Below, one piece after another: positions 41,389 through 52,021 of a DNA stretch of 64,000 bases. Source of the stretch: an uncultured Planctomycetota bacterium (GTDB lineage Bacteria; Planctomycetota; Planctomycetia; Isosphaerales; Isosphaeraceae). Location of the stretch: the NCBI GenBank assembly GCA_963823665.1, contig CAWGMQ010000006.1, positions 224,001 to 288,000 on the forward strand, written 5' to 3'. The first letter of the stretch is position 1; each line of letters begins with the position of its first letter. Below the pieces are notes generated by a model that was not told the origin of the DNA, made no database searches, and saw nothing but the letters and a program-made list of their open reading frames with translations. Position numbers and translations under genes: made by a program.

Positions 41389-43555
41389 CCTGTTCCGGAT
41401 CGCCGTGAGCAACGCGGCGTGGGCCGCCGGGCTGGCGCTTGTCGCCGCGGCCGGGTCTCGCCTCTTTCGGCGCCGGCCGGCGCTCGCGCACACGCTCTGG
41501 CTCTTGGTGCTGCTCAAGCTGGTCACGCCTTCGGTCTTGAACGTGGCGCCGCCGTGGGGGAAAGTGCCGGTCATGGATGCGCGAGCCGGCGATCTGGCGA
41601 TCCATGTGGTTGTCCCGGCGGTGGAAATCACGTCATCCCGGTCGTCGGATGCCGGATCTCCGGAGAAGCGGGTACTCGCTCCGTCTCCGTTGCACGCGGC
41701 GTCAACGCCAACGGCGGGGACTTGGCCATGGCGGATCCTGATCGCTTTGGGCTGGCTGGCGGGTGCAGTCATCTGGTGGGCATGTGTTGTTCTGAGCATC
41801 CGGCGCTTTCGGAAATTGCTCCGCGTGTGCATCGCGGCTCCCGAAGCCCTGCAAGAGCGTGTCAAGCAAATTGCGGCGCGCATCGGGTTGGGCGCGCGCC
41901 GGCTTCCGCGTGTGATGATCATTCCAGCGCGGATTCCGCCGTTCGTCTGGGCTTCACTCACAGGCCGGCCCCGGCTTTTGTTGCCACACGAGCTCTGGGG
42001 CCGGCTTGATGAGTCTCAGCAGAACGCACTGCTCGCGCACGAGCTGGCCCACCTGAAGCGCGGCGATCACTGGGTGCGCTGGCTCGAGGCGATCGTGCTC
42101 GGGTTGTACTGGTGGGATCCGATCGCCTGGCTGGCCCGCCGGGAGCTCGAGCGCACGGAAGAGGAATCGTGTGACGCCTGGGTAGTCTGGTCGCAGCCGT
42201 CTGCTGCCGGTTCCTATGCTGAGGCTCTCGTGGCCACGGCGGCATTCTTGTCCGAGGTCCATCGTCCGCTGCCAATTGGTGGTAGCGGATTTCGAAGCAC
42301 GTCCGCAATCAAGAGGAGGTTGGAAATGCTCCTGTCTGACGCTGCCAAGCCGTCGATCGGCCGGGCTCGATCAATGAAGTTGCTGGTGCTCGCCGCTCTG
42401 TGCTTGCCGCTCCTGCCGGTGCCCGCGGGCGAGAATCGGAGTGTCCGGGCGGGCGAACCGACTGAACAATCGCAGGGCACCAAAGCCCAGGCAGCCGGAC
42501 AACGGGCCGTGGTTCCCGGTACGGTAGTCGGTGCGCCCATCGTGGGCGGACAGTTCGTTGTGATCCGGCCGGTTGTACGCCACGTTGGCGGTCAACTCGA
42601 ACTTGAGCCGTCGCCACTTCAACCAGCGCACCGCGTCGAGCTCAATTCCCCGATGAGTGGAACGCTGCAAAAAGCGCTTTGCAAACCAGGGCAGCAAGTC
42701 AAGAAAGGGGATGTGCTGTTCCAGTTTGACGCAAGGTCTGCCGAGCTCGAGCTGCAAAAAGCGGAGGCCGAGGTGATGCGGATGCAGGCTCGCTTGACCG
42801 GATTCGACCTGCAGCCCGGATCGAGACGGTCCGGCGAGGGACAAGCGCGGTTCGGCGAGGCGCAAGCAACCTTGCAAAGTGCAACGGCTGACCGAGATCT
42901 GATGAAGCTCAAGCTTGAGTCGACGCGGGTCAAAGCACCGTTTGACGGCGTGATCGCGCGCGTCGTCGGGTCCGAGGAGAGCTTCATCCAGGCAGGTGCG
43001 GCCCTGACAACGCTCAGGTCCGACGCGATGCTTGCTCTCGACGTCTACATTGAGGAACGCACCGCTCGCCGGTTCGACGCCCTCTTGCAGGACGGTAAGA
43101 ACGGCGCGGCCGACGTGGTTCGTATCGCTGTGAGAGACGAACGGGACTTTCCGCGCAAAGGCTTGATTGACTTCATTGATCGTGAAGTCCAGCCGCTGGG
43201 CCAGGTGCGACTGCGCGTGCTTGTCTCCAACGTCGATCGCTCACTCAGGCCAGGGCTACTGGCTCGAGTGCAGATTCAGGCGGGCGCGCCCGAGGATTCG
43301 ATCGTCGTGCCGGACTCGAGTCTCATCGAGAACAACGGCCGGCGATACGTATGCGTGCTGGCAGAAGACAACACGATCGTTCGCCGGTTTGTGGAAGCGG
43401 CCGAGCGAGTTGACGATTTGCGAATGATCGAACGCGGTTTGAGCGTGAACGACTGGGTGCTCGAAAGCAGAATCAATCCTGCGCTGATCGGCTCCAAGCT
43501 CTCCGAGCAGGCCATACTGCGCGTCGACGCCGCGGCGAAGCCGCCGATACCATGA
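41381..43555 (+). CDS. BlaR1-like M56 peptidase fused to an RND periplasmic adaptor (MFP) domain
   Basis: LWLLVLLKLVTP, LAHELAHLKRGDHW, EESCD, IKRRL; C-terminal GQQVKKGDVLF, TRVKAPFDG, LRPGLLARV, VVPDSSL. Confidence 0.88.
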   Translation: MDDLFRIAVSNAAWAAGLALVAAAGSRLFRRRPALAHTLWLLVLLKLVTPSVLNVAPPWGKVPVMDARAGDLAIHVVVPAVEITSSRSSDAGSPEKRVLAPSPLHAASTPTAGTWPWRILIALGWLAGAVIWWACVVLSIRRFRKLLRVCIAAPEALQERVKQIAARIGLGARRLPRVMIIPARIPPFVWASLTGRPRLLLPHELWGRLDESQQNALLAHELAHLKRGDHWVRWLEAIVLGLYWWDPIAWLARRELERTEEESCDAWVVWSQPSAAGSYAEALVATAAFLSEVHRPLPIGGSGFRSTSAIKRRLEMLLSDAAKPSIGRARSMKLLVLAALCLPLLPVPAGENRSVRAGEPTEQSQGTKAQAAGQRAVVPGTVVGAPIVGGQFVVIRPVVRHVGGQLELEPSPLQPAHRVELNSPMSGTLQKALCKPGQQVKKGDVLFQFDARSAELELQKAEAEVMRMQARLTGFDLQPGSRRSGEGQARFGEAQATLQSATADRDLMKLKLESTRVKAPFDGVIARVVGSEESFIQAGAALTTLRSDAMLALDVYIEERTARRFDALLQDGKNGAADVVRIAVRDERDFPRKGLIDFIDREVQPLGQVRLRVLVSNVDRSLRPGLLARVQIQAGAPEDSIVVPDSSLIENNGRRYVCVLAEDNTIVRRFVEAAERVDDLRMIERGLSVNDWVLESRINPALIGSKLSEQAILRVDAAAKPPIP

Positions 43556-43570
43556 TCGCGCGCGCCACGC

Positions 43571-45439
43571 TCAGACCGCGTGCGACCAGCCGGGCGGCCA
43601 CACCGTTTCGCGTGGAGCGCTCGAGGCCGGATCATCGACGTCAGCCGGTTCGAGGAAAAGCCAGCACGGAACTCGCTCCGGCTCGTCGAGCCGGAGCAGC
43701 CAGTAACCGATGCCGGCGGTTCCCGAGAAAAGCGATGGGTTCGGTCCGCCGCCGGGAAAGCCGGTCGGCCAGTTGTCCTGTTCGGAATAACGATCGATCA
43801 AGGTTTGAGCGAGGTCGCGCGAGCGGTCGAGATATGAGCGATCATCGAGCGCATGGACAGCCGTCAACAGCACCGCACCCAGCCCGGCGAGCCCGTCGCG
43901 AATCGTCGCGTCAAATCGTGGAACGGCGATGCGTGCATCGATCGCGCCGAGCACCGCAGTGAGCGCCGTTCGCGCCTGCACGAGGTGGCGTTCCCTGGAT
44001 TCAGCGTCTCGCATTGCGGCGCGCAGCAGGAACATGGCCGCTTCACGCGCACGGCCAGGGCCGTTCCGGATCGGGTCGCTGCTTGTCCGCTGCGGGCCGC
44101 TTACCGGCAGGCGCGATCGAGCCATCGCCCCCTGCGCAGTGCGCCGGAACTCTTCGTGACCGGTCACGGCGTGAAGATGCGCAGGAAGAGCGCGATGCCG
44201 GCGGAGCCTTCGCGCAGCCCGGGCCCGAGCGCCGCCGCGACCACGCCGGTTGGGCTCTTGCGCTCCGACTCGCCCATGCGCACTCGGCCGATCCAGTTGC
44301 AATAGCGCCCGGTCGAGTCCCAGACGGCTTGCCGGCAGAGCGACTCGCCGATCCGGATCGTGGCATCTCTCGCGGAGATGGTGCGTCGGCTTGCGCTAAC
44401 GCGAGCATCGGAAAGCGTCGTGCCCCGCGCCGTCGCTTCACACGCGATCGGCAGTTGAAAATGATCGATCGAGCCAGCTTGCAGATAGGGAAATCGCGGG
44501 TCGAGACCTTCCGCTTTGTAGACTGCTGCGAATGTGGCGGCGCGAGCCGCGCGGTCGCGGTCGCCGCGCAGAAACGACCGCCAGAGGGCACGCGCGGACA
44601 GGTTGCATCGGTGGTCTCCGAAGCTCACCGGGCCGGATGGGCTCTCGGCCGCGCCCAATCCTCTCGCGATGGGCTTCGTGAAGAGCGGCACGCTCTCCCG
44701 CAGCCCGGACTCGACGGCCGCGTGAATGTGCGCGATCGCATCGCGGGCCCGCGCGTCGTAGCGCCGCGCAAGAAGATCAAGCCCGCATCGGCGCGCCGAA
44801 CGCATGCGGGTCCGCAAGTACCTTGAGGCAGAATGGCACGTCGTCCGCATTGAGCCGCTCGGTTGCCGCGGCGATGAATGGAACCGCGGCCTCGCTGGTC
44901 AAGTGCCAGTAGTACCGGATGAGCGGCGTGGAATCGTCTGGACCGCACTCGTCCAGCGCCTCGCCGTCGGCAAAATAAAAACCAGGAACGCGAATCCGCA
45001 GCTCCTTGCCGACCCAGACGAAACACGTCTGGCCCGGCTCGAGTTTTCCGCACGGAGTGTAAACCTCCTGCGGCGCGGCCCAGATTGTGAGACCATCCTT
45101 GCTGAGCGTGGGGTGCCCCTGCGCATCCACTTCGCGCACGACCCAGCCGCTATGCCACGTTCCGCGCCCGGTATTGGCCGCGTGCAAGGCACATAGCCGC
45201 TGCCGCGAAGTCGGCTCACCGGAGGGGAACGGCTCGCGAAGGCGGCTCGGTCGAATGTAGAGCACGCGATACAGGACATCCGAGAGCGCGAGCTCCCACG
45301 GCGGGGCCGCCTCGCCGGGAAAGTCGTCCGCGGCTGGCGTGGCGAGCTCGCGATGTTCGCCGAGAACCGTGAAGCTCGCGGGTGAATCGATTACCACCGC
45401 ATCAAGCACGCTCCATAGATCGGGATGCAGCTCGGTCAT
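43571..45439 (-). CDS. HopA1-family (LanY-like) lyase fused to a shortened LanC-like domain (three apparent 1-bp frameshifts near 44795, 44768, 44185)
   Basis: HopA1: PGFYFADG, RYYWH, PFCLKVL, RADAGLIF, VPLFTKPIARGLGAAE, SFGDHRC; LanC-like: LCRQAVW...CNWIG, GSAGIALFL, PSLFSGTAGIGYWLLRL. Confidence 0.75.
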
Positions 45440-46559
45440 CAGTGCGCCGCGCCCCGTGGATGCCGAATAGCCGCGCGCGGGCGAGCTCCGGTTGTGAGAG
45501 CACGTTCGCGCTCAGTTGAAGCATGATCACCGATCGCGGATCGAGGACACTCAGCTCGCTTGAGATTTCGTACGCCGACTGGATCAATCGCACCGCCGAG
45601 AGCTTCACGGCCCGATCGAGCAAGAGCCGCAGTTCGATTTGATCTGCTTCCACCGCGACCTGATAGCCTTTCCACAGCGACCGGCTCAGAGCCTGGACGG
45701 TCTCGAACGGGAACTTCGCCAGCGCGGCGCGCTCGTCAATCGACAGATCGGCCGTCATCGGTATCGAGACGACCCAGGATTTCACGAAGGCCATCAAGGC
45801 GCCGGCCAAGTCCCACGCGGGGTCGCCGAGCTGGACCATCTCCCAGTCGATGAGCCGGATTTCCCAGGGCCCTTCGGTGCCACTGTTCTTGACGAGGACG
45901 TTGTCCGGCCGGAAGTCTCCGTGAATAACCGTCTCGGCGCCGCAACCCTCCAGCAGCGAATCAAGCTCCCGAGCGCAGCCCTCCTCCGTTTGAAGCACGC
46001 GGATCAGCTCGGCATTGGCCGGGCTGAGGATCGAGAGCACCTGGGGGGTGGGCCGATGGAGCGCCATCGCCCAGGGCGCCGCGCGTGAAAGCCAGGCCAG
46101 GCGCGGGCATTGCGCGAGCTCCGGCGTGCGGAAGGTCCGATGAACGGTGGCCAGGGCGCCTCCGATCGCGCCGGCGACTGCGATCGCCGATCGTTGGTCG
46201 GCATTTGGCTTGAGGAATGCGGATAGGGTCACCGCTTCACTCAATAGCCCAAGCGCGAGCACGGGGCCCTCGCCGTCATAAGCGATCAGCCGAGGTGCGA
46301 TCGCGGCCACGCGGGCGGCTGCGGGCTCGGACTGGCAGTATTGATAGAACGAAGCTTCGGCGCCGAGCGTTTCCCGGCTGCGCGCCTCCGCCTCGCCGGG
46401 TCGTTTGATCAAGAGCCCTGCTCCGCCGGGCCCCTCGATTAACAGGTTGGCGTTTCGTCTCGCGGCGTGTCGTATCGTGAGCGACCCGCCGATGATCCAG
46501 TCGGGATCGATCAGTCGCCGCGCGAGCAAGTAAGGCGCCGCATCGTCGAGAGAGAGCAT
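45402..46559 (-). CDS. APH-family phosphotransferase (LanK/TvaC-like kinase)
   Basis: RRNANL...LLIK, IHGDFRPDNVL, IDWE...GDPAWDLAG; stop likely near 45440 (TGATG coupling) if one indel is corrected. Confidence 0.85.
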   Translation of the reverse strand: MLSLDDAAPYLLARRLIDPDWIIGGSLTIRHAARRNANLLIEGPGGAGLLIKRPGEAEARSRETLGAEASFYQYCQSEPAAARVAAIAPRLIAYDGEGPVLALGLLSEAVTLSAFLKPNADQRSAIAVAGAIGGALATVHRTFRTPELAQCPRLAWLSRAAPWAMALHRPTPQVLSILSPANAELIRVLQTEEGCARELDSLLEGCGAETVIHGDFRPDNVLVKNSGTEGPWEIRLIDWEMVQLGDPAWDLAGALMAFVKSWVVSIPMTADLSIDERAALAKFPFETVQALSRSLWKGYQVAVEADQIELRLLLDRAVKLSAVRLIQSAYEISSELSVLDPRSVIMLQLSANVLSQPELARARLFGIHGARRTDDRAASRSMERA

Positions 46560-46662
46560 CGCGCGATCGCCTCAGCGAACGGTGTGAGAGCTCGATTGAT
46601 CGGCAAATAAGACAACCGAATGGCCGCGGCCGGCGGCCGGCGCGGGGCTTTTCCCGATTGAT

Positions 46663-47163
46663 CTACTCGGGCGGCTTGGGCCGCCGCGCCGCACGGTGAA
46701 GGTGGATGGGCTCCGTCACGACGCCGTGTGGCGGCGGAGGTGGAGGCGGAGTCTTTTCGACTACTGCCGGGGCCGAAGCCGATTCGATCGACCGTGCCAG
46801 GAATGATGCGACCAGGTGCCCCTTCAAGAATGACGCGGCCGTACTCGAGAGGGTCGTATGAACCACGAGGTGCGGCTGCGCCGCGGCGACGATGCCGACA
46901 TTCACCGGCTCGGTGGTATCTTCGCCGATCTTGGGCCAGATGTGCCGGATATCTTTGGTCTGGAGCTCGTAATAGGATTGAAAATCATGGTGGAGGTAGA
47001 GCCGGATATTTCCATCAATACTCGAGTGACCGGGGTAGCCGGTCAATGTAACCAGATGCTCGTGCTGATCTGGGTCTTCGTGGAGATTCGCCGCCAGCGG
47101 ATGCTCGAAGATGTCTTCGCCATCGGGGGTCTGCCCGAGATGGTGAACGTCTTTTTTCGCCAT
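46663..47163 (-). CDS. putative RiPP precursor-like protein (166 aa, His-rich, Pro7 tract, no Cys)
   Basis: ATG after GGAGG; LTGYPGHS..GNIRLYL...YYE and FLKG leader-like segments; low-complexity tail; first gene of the kinase/HopA1-LanC operon. Confidence 0.65.
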   Translation of the reverse strand: MAKKDVHHLGQTPDGEDIFEHPLAANLHEDPDQHEHLVTLTGYPGHSSIDGNIRLYLHHDFQSYYELQTKDIRHIWPKIGEDTTEPVNVGIVAAAQPHLVVHTTLSSTAASFLKGHLVASFLARSIESASAPAVVEKTPPPPPPPHGVVTEPIHLHRAARRPKPPE

Positions 47164-47325
47164 TCTGACCTCCGCCCGTGCCAGCGTTCGTCGACTGACC
47201 TGGTTCTGGGAGTTTGCCGCTTTGCACCAGTATCTTGGCAGTGCCTGGGGTCGCGGTCAAGGATGTGATGCCCCGGCCAGAGGGTCGCGGCAATCCGCGG
47301 ATGCGGCCAGGCGCAGGCCCGGCCG

Positions 47326-50300
47326 CTACGGAGAAGGGAGCGACCTGGCCACGCGGAAGCCGATCGTGAACTCGGAAACGCCCGGCTCGTACTTGGCGCG
47401 CACTGCCGACTGAGCGTCGGGCGGCCGGCTGCGATACGACCCCCCGCGCATCACGCAGTAACGGCTGTTGAGTATTTTATTGAAAATATAGTCCGATGAT
47501 TGGTCGTTGGCGAGGGCCTTGTAATCGTAGTCGGCGTCGTGGCACCACTCCATCACATTTCCGAGCATGTCGAAGAGGCCCAAGTCGTTGGGCAGCAGGC
47601 TGCCGGTCTTGAGCAAGCTCACCTTCTCCCAGTCGGTGAGCCGGGCATACTGCCGCAGGAGTGCCAGTGAATGACCGTAGTACCGACTGGTTTCCGTGCC
47701 GGCGCGGCATGCGTATTCCCACTCGGCTTCGGTGGGAAGGCGGTAGCCTCCGTTATCGAAGGCCCGGACATCGCAGCGCATTCCTTCGGCGAATTTGCCG
47801 TCGTCGTTCCTGGCGTACACCGGTTGCTTACCTTCTTTCTCGCTCAGCCAGTTGCAGTAGGCCGCCGCCATGTACCAGGTCACCCCGGCCCGGGGCAGGT
47901 CAAAGTCAGAGCCGGGGCCGAATTGCGGTTTGTCAAAACTCGCGGAATGGGTCTTCCAGAATTCGTCGAATTCCGAGATGGAAACCTCGGTCGCGGCGAT
48001 GGCAAACCGGCGGGGAATCCTCCGCTGGTGCTCGACCTCGTTCTGGTAATCGGGGTCGTTGCCCGCAACACCCATGCGAAACTTGATCGGGCCGTCCAGG
48101 TGCACCATCGTTTGACCGCTCGAATTGACCGACCAGCGTCTGTTTCCGATCTGCTTGCTCTGTGCCAGTGCGGAATCGATCTGCCGCAATTGTTCACCGA
48201 GATGCCAGCGCGAGAGGGTGTATCGGGCCGCGCCATGAATCCCGGGATCCTGATCGGTGCCGTAGAACTCGACCAGCATCTGGATGGCTCGCTCGCGATC
48301 CGGTGCCGGCAGGTGCGACGGGTCGTACTGCCCCACGATCAGGATGAGCGCACGGCGGATCGAAGTGTCCCCGTCGAACAGGGCCTTTCGATTGGGATCA
48401 CCCAGCGGCTGCTGCGCTTTGCCGGCGGGTGCCTCAGGCGGCGCATGGGCCGTGCCCGCGATGCCCGCGAGGCAAGCCTGCAACGTGCGCGGATCGTCGC
48501 CAAGCCGGGCGAGCCAGTGAATGAGAAAGCTCCGTAGCCGCGGATCACTCTTGTGTGCCAGGAGGGGCCAGACTCGCTCGGCCTCGCCCAGGCGGAAGAG
48601 GGCCACGGCGGCCCTGGCCTGGCGCTCGGCGCGGCGGTCTTTCTCGACTTCGCCTCGCGGCGGCTGGTCTGGGTCTTCGCGGATCGCGCGCTCGAGCAAC
48701 GGGAGCGACTGGTCCGGCCGCCGTGCGATCTCGGGGAAAACCAGGGCAAATTCCTTGGCGCCGGCTTCCTGGAGCAGCTCGACCAGCTCGTCGGGGTTTT
48801 CCGAGGCGTAGTCGACCAGAAAGTTCATCGCGTGCATGCGATCGGTCTCATCGCGGCCGTCGCTGCGCAAGATTTCCCGAAGCGCGGCTCGAAGCTGCTC
48901 CTTGACGGGCCGGAAGATCTCGAGCCACTGGCTCACATGGATCGGGTTCACCGAGACCATGGCACCGGCGACCTTGTTCGCAACGCCCTTCCACCGCGGG
49001 CTCGCGTGATCGAAACGCGCCAGCGCCCCGAGGCGCCCAGGATGCGCGTGTCGTCGGGGCCGTTTTCCTCGACCATTGCCCAGAGCCGCGGGCTCAGGGA
49101 ACTGGCGTGGCCCTTGAGGAATTCACAAAGTACAGCAAGCTCGACCGGGCCGGCATCGATCAATCTGCTCGACAGGTAATCGACTTGCGACGGATCTTCG
49201 CTCAGCAAGGCGAGGCTCGCCCGCAGCTTCCGATCCGGGTCGCTCGCTGAGCGCGCGAGCAGCTCTTGCAGCGCGGGGTCCGTCCACTTGCGATAGCCGC
49301 GCATCTCGGCGATGCTCTCGGGCACCCGGGCGATCTCGGCGCTTCGCAGCCGCAGCACCAGGTCCATTGCGTGGTTGCTTTCGTACGCCTCGTTGTAAAA
49401 CAGGCGAACCTGGAGGCCCGCGACCACGAGCGCGCAGATTGCAACGGCCGCGGCGATGCCGCGGATAGCGACTTTGCGGTCGGACTGCTTCATCATTCGC
49501 CGCTCGTGCTCGCTCCATGCGGCGGGCTTAGTGAACAGTCGTATAGAAACCCATTCTCGGGCCAGGGGAAGCTGACGGCTCTCGGGCTTCGCGTTCCAGA
49601 GAGAGGACCGCTCGGCCAGCAATAGCTCGGCCCGCCCACGACGCGTCGACTTCTGCTTGCGCGTCAACCATTCGCGCAGCGAATGCACGAGGTAATCGTG
49701 CGTGAGCTGATAGCAGCGGCCAGCCTGAGGCGACGGCGTGCTGGCGTCGTCCAGCGGATCCACCGGTGTGATCAGCCGGAGGTCGCTGTCGAGGATGCGG
49801 ATCAGATGGTCGAAGTCGTCCAGCCGGTCCTTGTAGCCGGAGGCGAGCCGGAGCTCCTCACTCGAACGCATGCGGCCCTTGATATCCGAGTTGCTCTCGG
49901 GAAGCAGCGATTTCAGCACCGCCTGCGCGGCAAGAGCGTGATAGCGATGTTCGGGATTGGAGCGGGCCGAGCCGAACGTCTCTTCCAGGAACCGCACGCC
50001 CACGCCGTCCATGCCGCCAACGTCGCGGAGCGTGGCCGGAGTCCAGGGCTTGCCCTTGACCATCTCGGCGAAGAGGGCCAGGCGCACCGGCACGATCCAG
50101 CCGTCCTGTGCCAGCCCAGGCGTCGCCTGGTCGAGGAACGCGTTCTGTTCGCGGCTCATGGTGGTGGGTTCCGTGGGCAAGCTCTCGTACGCGCGGCCGA
50201 ACGCCGCGAGTACCCGGCGGGCGTGCTTGACGTCAAAGAGGTCGACCGCAGCCACGTTGCGATGCGGGACCAGGTCGACTTCCAAGTCCCTCATGAACCG

Positions 50301-52010
50301 GGTCGCCGCCATCCAGAAGTCATCACGGACGAGGCAGAGAGCCTGGATGTGCTCGCCGTCGCACTGCCGCAGCGCGGTGATCAGCTCCGAGCCTGATTCA
50401 CGCCCGCGCGCGAAGAGCCACTGCTCGAACTGGTCGAGCACCAGGAGCAACTTGCGCTCGGCAAGGAGCGAATGGTTGCGCCTGAGGAATGCCATCGCCT
50501 CGAGCAGGCCGAGCATTAAGGGCAGCTCGGGAAACGCCTTGCGCAGCCCGCGCAGCAAGCTGGCCTCGGTATTCGCGGCGGTCGACTCGATGTACACGGG
50601 CTTGACGCGGGGCGAAAGCAGAGGCAAGAGCCCGGCCTTGAGCAGCGACGATTTGCCGCATCCCGAAGGCCCGTAGATGAGGCCGATGCGAAACGTCTTC
50701 TCGGCCTCGGGCGCCTCGATGCGGGTCTTCCAGAACCGGAGGCCGTCCGGCAGGCCGTCGCGGTCGCGAGGTCCGGGCAAGAGCTCGAGAAAGAAATCGG
50801 CGTCGTGCTCGTCGAAACAGCCAAGCCCGCGGGGAACAACCTTGATCGGACGCGGGGCCAGGTCGGATTGGGCCGAGGCCGGTGGCGAGGAGGGCGCTGG
50901 CTCGGCGGCGGGTGCAGCCGGAAGCAGCGGCAAGGGCGTGAAGGGCGCGAGCGCACCGCGGTCGCTTGAGATTGTGCTCAGATAGTACCTGAGGTCTTCG
51001 GCCATGTCGCGCGAAGTCGAGTACCGCTCGGACGCCCGCTTGGCGATCGCCTTCAGGCAAATGCGCTCGAGCTCACGGGGAATCGTGTCGTCGATCTGGC
51101 GGGGTGGACGCGGCTCGGTGCTCGTGATCTGGCGCAGGACGTGCTCGGGCAAATCGCCGCGAAACGGCCGGCGGCCGGTGAGCATCTCGTAGAAAACGAC
51201 CCCGATGCTGAAGATGTCGGACCGGCCGTCGACCAGGTGCCCCTCGCCGCGGGCTTGCTCGGGGCTGGTGTAGGCAATGGTGCCGGCGAACCGCGGGCCT
51301 TTGCCGTAGTCTTCGTCCTTCATCGCCAGCCCGAAGTCGGCGAGGTAGGGCACGCCGAAGTCGTCGATCAGGATGTTGGCGGGCTTGATGTCGCGGTGGA
51401 ACAGGTCGCGAGTGTGGGCGTAATGCATCGCGTCGCAGATGGCGGCGATCAGCCTGGCCGATTCCAGAAACGGCGGGCGGCCCAGCTTGAGCCTGGCTGC
51501 AAGATCGCCGCCCGCTACGAACATCGACACGACGTAGCCGCGGCCGTCGTCGGCGCGGCCCACGTCGTGCACCGGCACGATGTTGGGGTGGGAGAGCCGC
51601 GCGAGCACGCGCGCTTCGTTCAGGTAAAGCTCGAGATCGACGATCGCGCCGGCCCCGCGGGTGATCGGCACCTTGATGGCGACCTGCCGCTGTAGCTCGG
51701 CGTCGCGTGCCAGGAACACACGCCCGAACGCGCCTTGACCGAGCCGGCGAATCACCTGATAGCGGCCGATGGAGGCGGGATCGGCATCGGAGGGCCCGGA
51801 GGCGGGCCCTCGCCCCGGCGCACCGCCTGCCCCGTGCGCAGCGGCGGCCTCCGTGGGCAGGGTGCTGTACTCCTCCGCGGCGTGATCGAGCAATTCAGCC
51901 AGCCAGTCGTCCGCCCTTCCGGTGCCGCGGGCGGCAGACTGGTCCTTTCCGGCCCCGCCGGCGCCGGGACGCCGGGGGTGTTCAACAGGGTCCGGTAGGT
52001 CGGCTGACAT
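47326..52010 (-). CDS. Ser/Thr kinase - STAND NTPase - FGE-sulfatase (SUMF1) multidomain protein (frameshift near 49028)
   Basis: LGQGAFG, VAIK, HRDIKPAN, DFG; GPSGCGKSS, LVLDQFEQ, YQLTHDYL; YRLPTEAEWEYACRAG, PNDLGLFDMLGNVMEW, GFRVAR. Confidence 0.9.
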
Positions 52011-52021
52011 CGTTCAGGAGC

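Noticed and set aside
43571..46559. Antibiotic-resistance kinase plus type III effector
   Set aside because: APH next to HopA1-LanC and a precursor-like gene fits RiPP dehydration machinery; no T3SS context.
47326..52010. Avs-type antiphage STAND system
   Set aside because: Kinase-STAND-FGE proteins are common planctomycete signalling proteins; no nuclease/TIR effector or defence neighbours.
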